Source of the DNA: Azolla caroliniana
Lineage: Eukaryota; Plantae; Polypodiophyta
Reading direction: 5' to 3'
Length of the DNA: 64,000 nt
Assembly (NCBI GenBank): GCA_043228905.1
Contig: JBHGNT010000017.1
Span: 3,596,001-3,660,000 of the forward strand
Position 1 is the stretch's first letter. Each line of letters opens with the position of its first letter. Below are positions 1 to 12,925 of the stretch, piece after piece. The notes beneath the pieces are model-generated. The model saw nothing but the letters and a program-made list of their open reading frames with translations, was not told the DNA's origin and did no database searches. The position numbers and the translations under genes were made by a program.

Positions 1-505
1 CAAGTGAAAACCAATGGGGGAAAATAATTAGCAAAAATTCTAAGGAGTCGTTGCCATATCTGTTGAGACTCAATACATTCCCATAAACAATGTTTTTGAG
101 TTTCCATTTGAAATTGACATCGAATACAATAAGAAGATACTCCCATTCTATGCAACCATGTGCCTACCGGCTAGGCCTGATGTACAACTAACCATTGTAC
201 ATGTAATATTTTTTGTGGCTGTTTTCTTGCCCATAAAATAACCCAGAATTTTGCAAGGAACTGGGGAGTAATACCTTGTTGATTCCAATATTGAGATGCA
301 GCTGGCAGCACATCACGTGTATCTGAAAGTACATGCCTTCCCAACTGTACAGAATATTGGAAGAAATTGAACTTGTTACCTGTGTAAGGATGTCCACTGA
401 TAATCAATTGGGTCCCAATCTAATCTGAATATCGCTTTTTTAGCTAACACCCACAACTTCCAATGTGGCCTTATTTCCTCTATCATCGGTTTTTTAGCTG
501 ACTGT
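1..505 (-). mobile_element. L1-type LINE fragment (ORF2 C-terminal region with CCHC zinc finger), 5'-truncated, continues off the window edge
   Basis: The frame of ORF 171-407 continues past one stop as PVGTWLHRMGVSSYCIRCQFQMETQKHCLWECIESQQIW (C-x2-C...H-x4-C). Upstream WKLWVLAKKAIFRLDWDP matches CKLWIVDNKPVCELDRDP in the LINE at 43.9-44.3 kb. Confidence 0.8.
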
Positions 506-1101
506 CTAATGTTTTGTCATTGTTGACACATAAATTGTCTTTGTGGTGAAATGTATTCTAGAATACATGGGATCAATGAGTTTTTCCTTCATACAAATGG
601 TGGTTTTTGTTGTTTCTAATTCATATATTTCATGATTGAAAGAGTAGGCAAGGATTGGCATTGGAAGATTATATTTCTTTAAATGAAAGGATAGATAGAA
701 GTGAAATATACACATATTAAGGATCCATGAGAAAAATGGATGCTTAAGAGCCAAAGCATTACATTGGGTTCCTTTTTTATTTAATTCTATATGCAATGAT
801 ATCATTTTCCTTGTCATGAGCATACACCATCGTTGAAAATTGAAATTCTATCGTTAATAGGTTTGATTAGGCCAAAGAGAGGACATTTATCAATCTATGT
901 TGACGAGCCCATATGGACAACCCTATAGTTTGCAAAAATCTTTTGTCTACATATAAAACCAAATGTTGATTAAATATTGATTTCATTAGCGACAACGTTC
1001 TACACTTAATTGTTTTTTCGACATAGCATAGGCATGGTGATTTCTTCGATGTAGCATAGCCATGTCCCTCCCTTGAATGTGCACCGCCACTTCACATGTA
1101 T

Positions 1102-1408
1102 TAGGAGTCGGCAATAGCTTGGCTCAAGCCTGAACCGAGCCGTTATACGGTTTGATAGTTTGACAGCTTAGTTCATCTTGGTTCAGGCTTGAGCCTCTTG
1201 AACCTGTTTGAGCTCAGTTTGGCAAGGCTCAAGTTGAACCTAACCGTTTAGGGACAAACCGTTTCCCAAACCGGTTAAGGCATGAACGGATTGACCAAAA
1301 CTAGATTAGCCAAACCAGTTAATCCTTAACCGGTTTAGGAACCGGTTCGGTTCAAGTTTGAAAAAGCCCAAACTGGATAAGCCGAAACCGAACCGTTACC
1401 TATTCCTA
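1102..1408. mobile_element. hAT-type MITE-like element rich in AACCG/CGGTT subterminal motifs
   Basis: Imperfect terminal inverted repeats (TAGGAGTCGGCAATAGCTTGG vs reverse complement TAGGAATAGGTAACGGTTCGG) and dense AACCG/CGGTT motifs. No clear target-site duplication (TSD). Confidence 0.55.
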
Positions 1409-1816
1409 TAAAATTTGTCATGTATATGAATCACATACTAGGTAACAGGTATGACTGTTGACACTCATCTCGGAGGTCGAGATTCTTGTCATTGTTATGT
1501 TCGATCGATCGATCTATCTCTATTCATTTCTGTACTAATTACTTGTTACATTATGATTGGGTGAAAGTGGATTCGATTCTGCGCTCAATCCTGGTTACGA
1601 TATTATCTCCTCTCTTTTGCTCCCTCATGGTAAAGATTGAAGAACAGAGAGAAACAGAGTGTATCAGAAAGACACAAAGTAGGCCTTTCTTGGCCGTGAA
1701 ATCCTTCAGAAAGATGATATTGTGCCTACACCCTCCCGTGGCTTCATCTCAGAAGCTTACATTAGTGGTGCGTGAAAATTGCAAGAGAGAAAGAAAAGCT
1801 TCTTTTGGCCTAAGCT

Positions 1817-2576
1817 ATGGCAATGCATATCCATATCTGCAAAAGTGGCTTGCAAAGTCATGAAATAGTAGGGAACTACTTAGTCCCAATGCTGGTCAGT
1901 TATGGATCCATGTCTCATGCTCAAAAAGCTTTTGATTTACTCTCATTGAGCTCTCTCATTATTGGCTATGCCAAGCATTCCGACGACCCACATCGTGCTT
2001 TTCTCCTGTACAAGAAAATGCAAGATAATGATGGTATCCATGCCAATGCACAATTGTATTTGGCAGTAATCAAGGCTTCTACTAAATGGAAATATGTGGA
2101 AAGCGGGGCATGAAATATATGGCGAGATTTCTCGACGTGGTATGTTGGATGTGAATGTTTATGTTAGTAGTGCCTTGGTTACTATGCTTGTGAGGTGTGG
2201 ATGTCTCGACAAAGCACGAGAAGTGTTTGACTAACAACCTTCAGTATTAACTATGGTTTTGTCTCAACTCCTGAGCATTATGCTTGCATGATTGATCTTT
2301 TGGGTCGTGCAGGACATATAGAAAAGGCAGTCAAAATTGTAGAAAAGATGCCATATATATCCCGGGACTCTTGTATGGCGTACGATATTGGGAGCTTGTC
2401 AAAAGTGGGGTGATGTAGAATATGGGTTTCACGCATTTGAGCATGCAATACAATTAGACAAAAGTGATGTGGAAACCTATGTTAGTATGGCCACTAACAT
2501 CCTTGCTGAGGGACACATGAATGATTTGTTATTTGGGTACTGGAATTCTTTTAATACCAATAGAAGCTCCATATAG
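1817..2576 (+). pseudogene. PLS-class pentatricopeptide repeat (PPR) pseudogene with E-domain remnant
   Basis: PPR motifs in shifting frames: VGNYLVPMLVSYGSMSHAQKAFD; [25 protein letters not shown]; [28 protein letters not shown]; [17 protein letters not shown]. Contains frameshifts, a stop and a large internal deletion. Confidence 0.85.
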
Positions 2577-3446
2577 TTTGGTATGAGCATGGGGATTGGT
2601 TCTTGTTTTGTTGTGTATATGTACCTCATTTGATCTTTGTGACCTTGGGATGGATTGTTTGACAAGAAGATACAGAAACCTGCAAAAATGTACAGAGAGG
2701 CTGATGCAAGTATATTTATTTGCCTTCAAATTTTGATAGCAACATAGGATACAGGCTAATGTTAGTGAGTAGGGGCTATGCATAAAAGAAAAGGCATTAT
2801 GTTGGACAATATTGATTCATTAGTATGTGTTTAACTTCCTCTATGACACATATATCCACGAAAAGGGCCAAAATCACATACACAGATACCTCCATTGTCT
2901 AGTCTTATCTCCCAATTTGTGGAGGTTTTTAAAAATTATTGCATGCAAGATATACCAATACATTGATTGCTAGCAATTGTTCTCCCACAAATATGCAGGG
3001 GCAATATTTGAAGTAAAGGAAGAATGAAATATTTGTATACATCTCTCCTAGAGACCATCCATCAAAGTAGCATGATGCATTCATGGAATGATCGTCCATC
3101 TATGATGAAGATTGAATGTATATTATTACAAGATTCAAAGCATGACCATGTATCCTCTTGCAAACATACAATGTTTAGATTGTGGACTTCAACACGCTTG
3201 CAAAATAATTTTGATATATATGATTTCTAGTCATCCTTCATTTGTTGTGATTTCATTACTTTTTGCCATTCCTAAGAATACAATATTTGAAAGAATTCCA
3301 TTTGAAGCTCTTACGATGGAGTGAAGGTCCTCCCCACGATAGATTTGCAAGCCTTAACCTCAAGCCATCCTGTGAAGAACCCTTGTGCCTAGACCCATCC
3401 TTGTCCCAACCCAAGGTAGAACCTTCTTTGGGACTAGGACTGGACC

Positions 3447-3651
3447 CCCTTGGTGAATCCCAGTTGGGACATGGGACAACCTAGGGACACCATAGTGGGA
3501 CATCTTTTTCACCTACTCTAGGTGATTTTCCTTCATCCATAACCACACAATACCCTTGGTGAGTCCCAGTTGGGACAACCTAGGGACACCATAGTGGTAC
3601 ATCTTTTTCACCTACTCTAGGGGATTTTCCTTCATCCATAACCACACAATA
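3447..3651. repeat. Tandem duplication of a ~100 bp unit (2 copies)
   Basis: CCCTTGGTGA...CCATAACCACACAATA at 3447-3552 and 3553-3651, with a few substitutions and one 7-bp indel. Confidence 0.9.
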
Positions 3652-3659
3652 TAAAAAAT

Positions 3660-4430
3660 TCAAACATTCCTTACCAACCCATTCATTAGGGATCTCAATA
3701 CACACATGGCAATATTAGCATTCATCCATTATGTGGCCCCATTCAACAAATCCAAAGCATTGACCCACAATGTCTCCCACTTCAATTTAATGAGGAGTTG
3801 TTTCATACCATGTGTATTCACACACACCCATCTTAGTCTTTTATGACTTGTATCCCACAACACACTATATATGTGCTTGGTTGATGCATTTGCGCATGGG
3901 ATACCAACACTTTACATGCATTAATTGTTCATCAAAGAGCATGAGAACTTATCCAACAATGCACTTTGATGTTCAAGGGAGAAGAATACGACATCATAAA
4001 ACCTTGTGAGCTTGTATATATATTCTCAATACAATTCAACAATACAATTGTGTTCAACCATTGTTTAATCCAACTTATGAATGAAAATTTCCAAACAGGA
4101 AAAAAGATAATTACACAATCATAGAATACATTGAAAAATTGGAAAATTGCCTTGGCATCGACTTTCATGTATACTCGACAAAACATTTCGCTTCATTCTC
4201 ATTGGTTTCTACAATATCAAACAACCAGGCATTGGAAATCTTCCATAAATGATGTTGGTTAGGATCATTGTTGTGACCATACTATATGTTAAAATTTTCC
4301 AACTAGTTTCCTCAACACCCTTAAGCCTTTTGGAGCTCCCAAATTCTTCACTTAAACGATCACATTCTAGCTTAATAAGCCAAGTTAGATCCCGATCATG
4401 GCAATTCCCTGTCTCATAGATAGTAATCAA
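3660..4430 (-). mobile_element. Possible highly degraded hAT transposase remnant
   Basis: Short translated stretches (IKLECDRLSEEFG; VYDVVFFSP) weakly recall plant hAT transposase C-terminal regions. GGGAC/GTCCC motifs flank the region at ~3.4-3.6 kb and ~4.77 kb. No long ORF. Confidence 0.25.
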
Positions 4431-5275
4431 TCTCCATGGACATTAAAAATATATCTATTTATCCATCTATCTCTCACGAAGGAGTCACATACAAGATGAT
4501 ATGTTTATTTAGTCCAATGTGTGAAAATTGGCCTCCTCATGGACGATAAGAAAAAGTCTAAATTCTAAATCTAATCTCTATCTACATATGTTATGTTATG
4601 TATGTGTGTATTATAAGATGACATCTAGTTATGTTTAATCTTTGATGATGCTTCCAATGATGTGTGTAAGATATATGAGATATTCATTCATGATAAGATA
4701 TCCATATATGAGATATATAAGACGTTAATTCATTAGCATAGACAAATATGCATAGAGATGTTCCCTCTTTGGACCCCAACTAGGTGTCCCACGGGGTTTA
4801 TTAGCCATGATTGTTTGCAAAGGATAGACAAATGATGTGCTTATGCAAGAAATTATTTTTAGTTATTTGTATACAAGGTTTTTGCATGGCTCTCCACAAG
4901 GTTATCTAGATATTGAAGTTTGAAAAGGATACATGTTACATTTTAAAATTGAACAATAGAAAAAGATTTGTTATGAGATGCCAAACTCAACCACCCTTTT
5001 ATGTTTTGTGTGAACACACACTACTTCAAAAATGTGCGATAAAGTGCACCCTTCTAATAAATAGATGGGAGATATCTTGTATTGAATGAAGTGGACACTT
5101 AAGATATTTCACTCGCTCTCGTGTCAATATGTATTGATTGGTGGAGACTTCAATGCAATCAAACATAGACTTCTAAGTTCTACCAAAGCCAAGCGCCTTC
5201 TCTTATATTTACATGTTCATTATTGTTGGTTCATAGCTAATCATCCCATAGTTTATTAATTCATTGGTTCATTAT

Positions 5276-5277
<2 letters not shown>

Positions 5278-5332
<55 letters not shown>
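5278..5332. repeat. (CT)n microsatellite
   Basis: Uninterrupted CT/TC run. Confidence 0.95.
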
Positions 5333-5335
<3 letters not shown>

Positions 5336-5364
5336 TAGAATTATATGCACACACACACACACAA

Positions 5365-5684
5365 CATACGTCAACCGAACCACGAAACCGCGGCTTAATG
5401 ATTTAATGGTTTAAACGGTTCGGTTCAGGTTCAAGTTTTTTTAACGGTTTGGTTTAATGGTTTTTAAAATTTTAAATTAAAAAAAAAACAATCTTTTCAT
5501 TGCCTAATTCACACATTTCAGAAAAATCTTTAAATTTTAAAATAATGAAACTTTTTTAATTTTAATTTGACATAAATTAAAAATTGAAACTGAACCACGA
5601 AACCACAGTTTTAATGGTTTGAAATTTTTTGTTTGGTTTAGTTCAAGTTTCAAAATTTTTAAATGGTTCGGTTTTGACACTCTC
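5365..5684. mobile_element. AT-rich hAT-type MITE-like element
   Basis: Inverted ends GTCAACCGAACC / GGTTCGGTTTTGAC, and an internal duplicated AACCACGAAACC...TAATGGTTT block. Confidence 0.55.
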
Positions 5685-6127
5685 AAACCAAACCTTTGCC
5701 AATTGTTACACACAATCTACTTGTTTACATTCCATATACATGTGATTCTCAATGGAATTATATCTTAATCCTTTACACTTACAATGTTGGAAAGCAATAC
5801 ATATGTACAAGCTGAAACTCCAAGAATTCAATGAGGAAATGATGGGTTCATGTATATGTTTTCTAAGCATTATGACAATGGATGTCTTGGAATTTATAGA
5901 CAAGTTTGACCATTGTCATCACGATTTTGCTAAAAAAATGTTATTGACAAACTTGGAGTAGAGAATGAATCTCATAAAGAAAACAAGAAGGTTGGTGAAG
6001 GGTAGTAGGCCATCATTAGTTCTGTAAGTATGAAAATGGACAAGGTACCGAGATGTTACACCATGGTATAGAGCAACTAGGACAAACAAGTATAATAGGT
6101 GGATGAGTGTCAAAGCGCTAATTCACA

Positions 6128-6697
6128 CTACTTGACAATATTGAGTTGCACATTTTGGGTGGATATGACAACTGATGAAGCATCTAAGGGATTTCCACGA
6201 CAAGTAGGGCAAGAGGAGTGCTTGGCAAGCCATATGTCGATGCATCCAATGTGAAAGCCATGGTTACATGTGGGCATGACACGTAGATGGTCCCCATTCT
6301 TGAAGTCAAGCAAACAGATGGCACAACCAACATGGCAAGAAGTTGATGGTGAGGCAATCTCTAGGACAATGGTAGGGAGGGCATTGATGTGTTTGGCTTT
6401 GAGTCCACAAGGTGCAGAAGAGGTGGGAGCATCAAGTCCATCCGTATGATTAAACATCCAATATTGTGAAAGCACCCATCGAATGAGAAAATGCATGCAT
6501 AGGGAGGACATGAGGAGCACTAGCAATGATGCAGTCACGATGATAATGTTGGTATCCATGGCTGATGATTTCACATTGTAGTGGTATGATGATGGTGGAT
6601 GCCTTCTAGTTGTGGAATAATTACCCATGCCCATACTCTCATAGTACAAGGTGAAACTCCTGGTTGTATTTATCCTCAATATTCTTCTTATTTCCAT
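6128..6697 (-). CDS. ATL-family RING-H2 E3 ubiquitin ligase (single exon, ~189 aa from first ATG)
   Basis: N-terminal hydrophobic helix (IIIVTASLLVLLMSSLCMHFLI), GLD-like motif GLKAKHINALP, and RING-H2 CAIC...CNHGFHIGCIDIWLAKHSSCPTC. First ATG is at 6697; downstream ATGs are alternative starts. Confidence 0.9.
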   Translation of the reverse strand: MEIRRILRINTTRSFTLYYESMGMGNYSTTRRHPPSSYHYNVKSSAMDTNIIIVTASLLVLLMSSLCMHFLIRWVLSQYWMFNHTDGLDAPTSSAPCGLKAKHINALPTIVLEIASPSTSCHVGCAICLLDFKNGDHLRVMPTCNHGFHIGCIDIWLAKHSSCPTCRGNPLDASSVVISTQNVQLNIVK

Positions 6698-9600
6698 CTT
6701 GTTGTTACTGTTCACTCTTCTTAATACAACCTGGTACACACACTCTCACACATACACATAGATGTTCCACGCCAACGAGTGCTTAACTTTGAATTCACAT
6801 GGAATTTTCAAGCAATAACAAGCATGATGTATCCTTAGATGCTCTCAAGAAATTAAACTTGGTTTCACCTTATTCCTTCTGAATGTTTGAAATATAACTA
6901 TACCTTTGCTTCTCCCATCACAAACTTAGAAGTTGAAGTAGTTGAATTCGGCCCTATACCATTTATTATCATATCAACAATTGCTTATTATTCATCTCTT
7001 ACACCCATGTTGTAATGCTCTATCACCAAATGACCATCTCTTCCTCTCCTAACACATGTGTTTGGTTTTATTCTCTCTTATAGATATGTACTTGTCACCA
7101 CTAAACACCACCTCAATTTCCTCTCTACTTCTTTCTGTAATTAGTACATCACCTCCCTGAATTGTCTAACCTCTTGTTTCTATTGTTCTTGTCCTCACAA
7201 AAGAAACCCCTCCTCTCCTTATATACCATGATTGTCCCTTTGCATCCAATCACATATTGTTGCCTTGTTGATACATTATATATGTGTGTGTGTGTTGATG
7301 ACACATGATTACATTGTATTGAATTATTTTTTAAATTCTTAACAGCTTCATATATACTTTTAACATCCTATCACTATGTTCAATCGAATCATGATTACTT
7401 AAAACTCTAGCACCTTTTAGAGTAGAGTATCAAGGTTGTATCATTTGTATTCTAACTCAAATGTGTTAATCACAATATATAATGTGCATACTATGTAGGA
7501 GATACTCTTAGATTGCGCCTAGGAGTCTGAACCACTTTTTACATCTCAAACACGCACACACTCTATAATACACTATCTAGCACGACAATGTGCATTTTAA
7601 ATAATATAATACCCTCATATTATGATATTCTTTACAACCACGCACACAATATGGGAGGGGGGGGGAGACTTGAAAATGGCACATATACCACTTGTCATAT
7701 AAATAAAAGATAAAACCCTAACAACTAAACCAAATTGCAAGACTTGGCCTTCCACCATGAAGTTGTTGGGTGACTTTGTGTTAATGAAATGAAATAGTGG
7801 GGGGTCAATTCATGGCGTGCAAGATCACGCTACAAGAAAAGGATTATTGCATGAGGTCCCTTAAAAGAGTTCAAATCGTAAGTTTAACTTTTACATTAAA
7901 AAGGCTAGAGGCCTTAGCCCACCAATCACAAAGTAGTGGTCACTTTCCAAGGATAATGTAAATTTTAATCTACCATTGAATAACAAAACATACTTTTTGT
8001 TCCTTTAAAACATTATAGTTTGATGCACTATCTCTCACACTCAATAACTTAAAACTTTGGAGTGGTTAATTATTCTCTTTAGATATAAACCAGATAGTGC
8101 AAGTTTTCTTTTCAATAGCTACCCACTCGTTGTTACAATCATTGATGAATCAAGACTAGAGAAACAAACAACACAATGTAAAAAGACTAGGAAAGGAGTC
8201 GAATATTATTCAACTCCCTTTGTCTTGCCAAATATCATATCTTGATACTGTTCATATTTAAACAATTTGTCGATCCTTGCAATCTTATAGTTGGTTAATG
8301 GTATGAAGGGTGGAGTTGAATGTTACAATGGCATACATTTTTAACATAGATATTCCCCACAATATCATTAAAGTTGCTTGCACGATCCCATTCACATTGC
8401 AAATTAGGTACAGATTCTATCTAATCCACTTTCATTAAATATGTTAAAATACAAGAGAAACAACAATAGTAAGTAATACTATAGTCATACATCAAATGTG
8501 AAAAAGACAATCCTCGGAGATGGTTGTAAAGTCAAAGGTGTTAACTTAGTTATTAAATGGATCATGACTAAAAGCTATTAGGAAACGCATGGATAACAAA
8601 ATAGGATCCTTGTTATATATTACATAGAAATGAAATTCAATAATGCATTTGACTTAACAACGGCATTAAATTTTGAGCAATAACATGGTTTTATACATAT
8701 GTACATGCTTCGACTTTTAACAAGAATGTACCCTAGATTATGTATAGCATTTACATCACATTTGATTAATTAGGTTGTACTTTTACTTCCATGGCATTCT
8801 TGTATTAAATACATGTCAATATAACTTAGCAAATTGTTCTATTATATTGTTACTTGATCATCTCTAAGGACATTGACTACTTGATTATGTATTGTTTCTG
8901 ATCGATTGTAAGGATTATTTTAAAACTACATGAAATTAGTGTTGATTGATGGAATGTTAATATGCGTGACCTATTAATAATCTTATGGTTGACCAAGTAA
9001 TAAAAACCCCAACTTTCACTACATCGCAATATTGTGGTACCCATTTCATATCAGTAATGTCCAATCTATAGTTTGGAAAAATCAAATTATACTCCATTTT
9101 GCATGGCATGGAGATGAGAACATGTGTAAGCCTGATCTATATAGTTATATGTACACATAACAATTTATTAAAGTGCCTGAATTATAACTACATTGAAAGC
9201 AAATATAATGGATGCCACCATTGATAAGAATCTCCCGAGAACGTTTGTATTCTATGATTTTAAGCGTTAAAAAACATGCTTTCCCTTTCATTCTACCTAG
9301 AAAAATATGTTGGTTTAAATTTTGATTTCAAATTTTCTTTCACTATTTCACTTAGAGCTTCTAATAACACCACCTTTGTTCACGTGGATAAGTTGATTGA
9401 ATATAAACTTTTGCAATGATTGAAATGCCTAACGGTAAACTTTAGAAGCATAAATTTTTTCATTGATAGAAGTTTTGTACTTCACATTAATCCACATGAT
9501 GATGCTAGAACATTAATGAAATTTTGTAATATGGATGTATGAAGAAGAAGCAGACCTAATCGAGAGGGTATTTTGTATGTAATCAAAATTTGAAACTCAT

Positions 9601-9835
9601 TTCTTTATAGATTCATAAAATTACTAAGTGGAGATGTAATAAGCACAATGATATAGTAGCAAAGATTATGTTGTGGGTTCAAGTCTCATTTGGGATAGGT
9701 TTGATCTTATTAACCACATGCCTCACTTGCCTTATGAGAGCATCAATTTGTGGAACGATTTGAAAAGTAATTTTGCAAAAGGTTTATAGTCTTTAAACAA
9801 TTTGAAAACTCAGTTCGCAAAAGGTTTTATAGTCT

Positions 9836-10651
9836 AGATGTAGACCCTAGATGTAGTGCATGTGGACAACTAGAAAGCCTTTTCCATTGTCTATGGGAAT
9901 GTTGTGAGGTAGCAGCCGTATGGGGAAGGGCATTACGTTTGCTATGCCATGCTTCTACCTCATTTACCCTCAAATAGGGAAATGCTTATTGGAACTGTAT
10001 TGAGGATGATATGGAGAAATATGATAGTGCATGCAAAGCAATGTACATAGGGGAGAATGGAATTGTTCGGTTGATCACTGACAACAGGGTACCTGCAATT
10101 ATTGCGCAAAAGCAAATATTTGGAAATCTATGGATGTTGATTGCACCCATTATCATATGGTGCATATGGATGACAAGGTCTACCAAGGTATTTTCAGCAA
10201 ACAAACGGCTTCGAGCTGAATCTATTAAGCTAATATGGCACACACTAATAACTACATTGAGGGCACAATATGAGAGGATTGATAGAATAAATGATGCTTC
10301 AGAACTAATAGGTTGAATTTCAGAAAACATTGGTGTACTACATTGATGGCTGTAGCAAATGGAATGGATATACAATGGCAGTACTAGTACCCAGATGGTT
10401 GTTCCCCCTCCCATTAGTTGAAAGAGAGGCATGAATGATGAGATACATAGAGAACGTACATGTGGGTTATTGAATGTAGGTGATGTGTCTGAAAGTTTGG
10501 CTAGAGACATGCGAAAGTGTAAGATAAATAAGTGAGATTGCTCATGAATGATAGGATAATTTAGGCAAGGACTACCCGATAAAGGGACTAAAGTTGTGTA
10601 CAAAAGGACATTTTAACTAATGGAGTATATTGTTTTTTGGAAAAAAGAAGT
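9836..10651 (+). mobile_element. 5'-truncated L1-type LINE with 14-bp TSD
   Basis: DPRCSACGQLESLFHCLWEC zinc finger, PRWLFP C-terminus and A-rich tail. Flanked by AGGTTTTATAGTCT at 9822-9835 and 10652-10665. Confidence 0.9.
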
Positions 10652-11598
10652 AGGTTTTATAGTCTTTAAACAATTTAACAGATATTGTCTATCAAAGATG
10701 AAATCATACATATAAACCACCATTATTGTCCATCCTCAATGTGCTATAGAAATTGTAGACGCGTTGTAGACATAACTAACACTAATTATCTTTTTTTTTT
10801 ACTAAGATGCTAATTGCATACCTCTGTCGAAATGGTTTGATTTCATTGTTATCCTCGAATGTTGGACACATTAAAAAATTGTAAATATTCCTTGGACTTG
10901 GCCCTTAGTTGACTAATTATAAATACTTTCATATATGTGATATTATCAATTATAGGTTGCATATGTAATTCGCAACCTTAATTGGAATCGTGACATTTTA
11001 ACTTTCTAACAACTTGATTTTCTCTTTGATAATTTGCAATACCCCCATGCTTTTTTATTCTCAGTGTCATCCCAAAATAGTGGATGGTCATTGTATCATA
11101 CCACTCATTCTAGACTTATATATTTCACTTCGTCATAGGTTATCATAACACAATTTACGATATTTTCTTTAACCAATCTTCCTTATCCACAGACTATACC
11201 TCCAATGTGCTTATTGTAATATGTATGGTACTTTTATTCCAAACTAACAAATCCTAATTCATGTATGAGAGACGTTTTGAGTGTGGAAGATAAGATACTA
11301 TTGTTTACATATAATTAACACTAGAAAATGGTACATGCAATGAAGTAGACACATGGTTTTCAAGAAAGTCAGAGGTGTCATCATGAGCATCACATTTACA
11401 TATATTGATTCGCTTCCCACCTTCTCTTTTAGGAACCTATCATAAAAATATATATTACAATTAAGTAGAAGTGAGGAATGTTTGTGATATTGGATATTGG
11501 ATGGATATTTCCGTAGAAGGTTTATTTATGTGTATAATAATGTGACATGCTTAACTACCATGATAACTACTTTGTATATTCCTTTTCCTTTATGACTA

Positions 11599-11714
11599 TG
11601 AGTTTGTACAAGGTAGGAGTTTCAAATAAAGAAATGATCTTTCATTGCTTTCCATTTGAGTTTGTACAAGGTAGGAGTTTCAAATAAAGAAATGATCTTT
11701 CATTGCTTTCCATT
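11599..11714. repeat. Perfect 58-bp tandem duplication
   Basis: TGAGTTTGTACAAGG...CTTTCCATT at 11599-11656 and 11657-11714. Confidence 0.95.
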
Positions 11715-12265
11715 TGACATACACCAAATGCTAATGCGTACCTTGAAAATTGTTTTGGAACAAATACCTCACTCCATACTAATTGAAGTGGAAATATAAT
11801 AATTCTAGACAAAACAGTTATGCGAGTTGGTTAAGGCACGCCTATCCTTCTTATATTAATATAATCAAAGTTGTGATTTTACGAATCGGAAGTCCAAAGT
11901 GATGAAATTGACAATGATAATTCAAAATATGAATCATCGTGGTAATAGGTGAATGAGGAGGGGAGAGTAAACAAATAATATTTGGGGCATGAATTCGTGA
12001 ATGAATTGTTAAACCAAATAAAAGATATATGAAATGATTCTACATTTGCCTTGCAAGTAAGAGTTGCCCGGGGTTCCACGACAAGCATAAAGAATTATTA
12101 TACATTTGCCATTGATGTTGAGATTGATACCACCAACCTCAAATAAATCAAGAGTGTATAGCTTAAAGCATCAATGACGTATGGAGGTGATCATTCTACC
12201 TGTTAGTGTAGATGTTACGAAAGGAATTTGAAAATATACCCAATTCCATAATGGGGGTTGAAGCA

Positions 12266-12875
12266 TCAATTAGAACCACTTTTCTCCACGAGCACGTCAA
12301 AGTCACTCACAAGCCATTCTGCAGTTTCTACCTGCTGGCTTATAAAGATTTCTGTTCCAACGTCTATTGAAGTCCATCTTCTTACTGCTGGGGGTGTATT
12401 TGGATCCTAAAGGAAATTATATAGAGGAATAAAATGATGATGTGAAATACCTTGAGACACAAATTACAATCATCAAAGCTTGACAAATGCTAAACTTCGA
12501 GTTGACACCACTTACAAAACACGTGTCATGTTAATATATCTATAATAGGGTATGCAAAAAAGTTATGTTTGAATAGAAGAGAATCCTCATAATTGACACA
12601 AAGAGAGAGAGAGAGAGAGACACACACACACACACACACACACACACATTTAATATGCTTACAAAGAGAGTGACATAAAGGTGATTAAATGGTAAACCAT
12701 GAATGCTTGCCCTTTGTTGCAAAATTTGGGAAGGAAACAATTTTTGAATATTTACATACAACGACAAGTGCTTGTGTATGTTTGTCTATACATAATAAAT
12801 AAACATGTGCATGACTTGCAAAAATGTGTACCCATAAGAGAGATAGAGTACGTACCACTAGGGTAAGCTAATTAC

Positions 12876-12925
<50 letters not shown>

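Noticed and set aside
9986-10603. 205-aa minus-strand ORF
   Set aside because: Antisense to the LINE fragment with no recognisable motifs.
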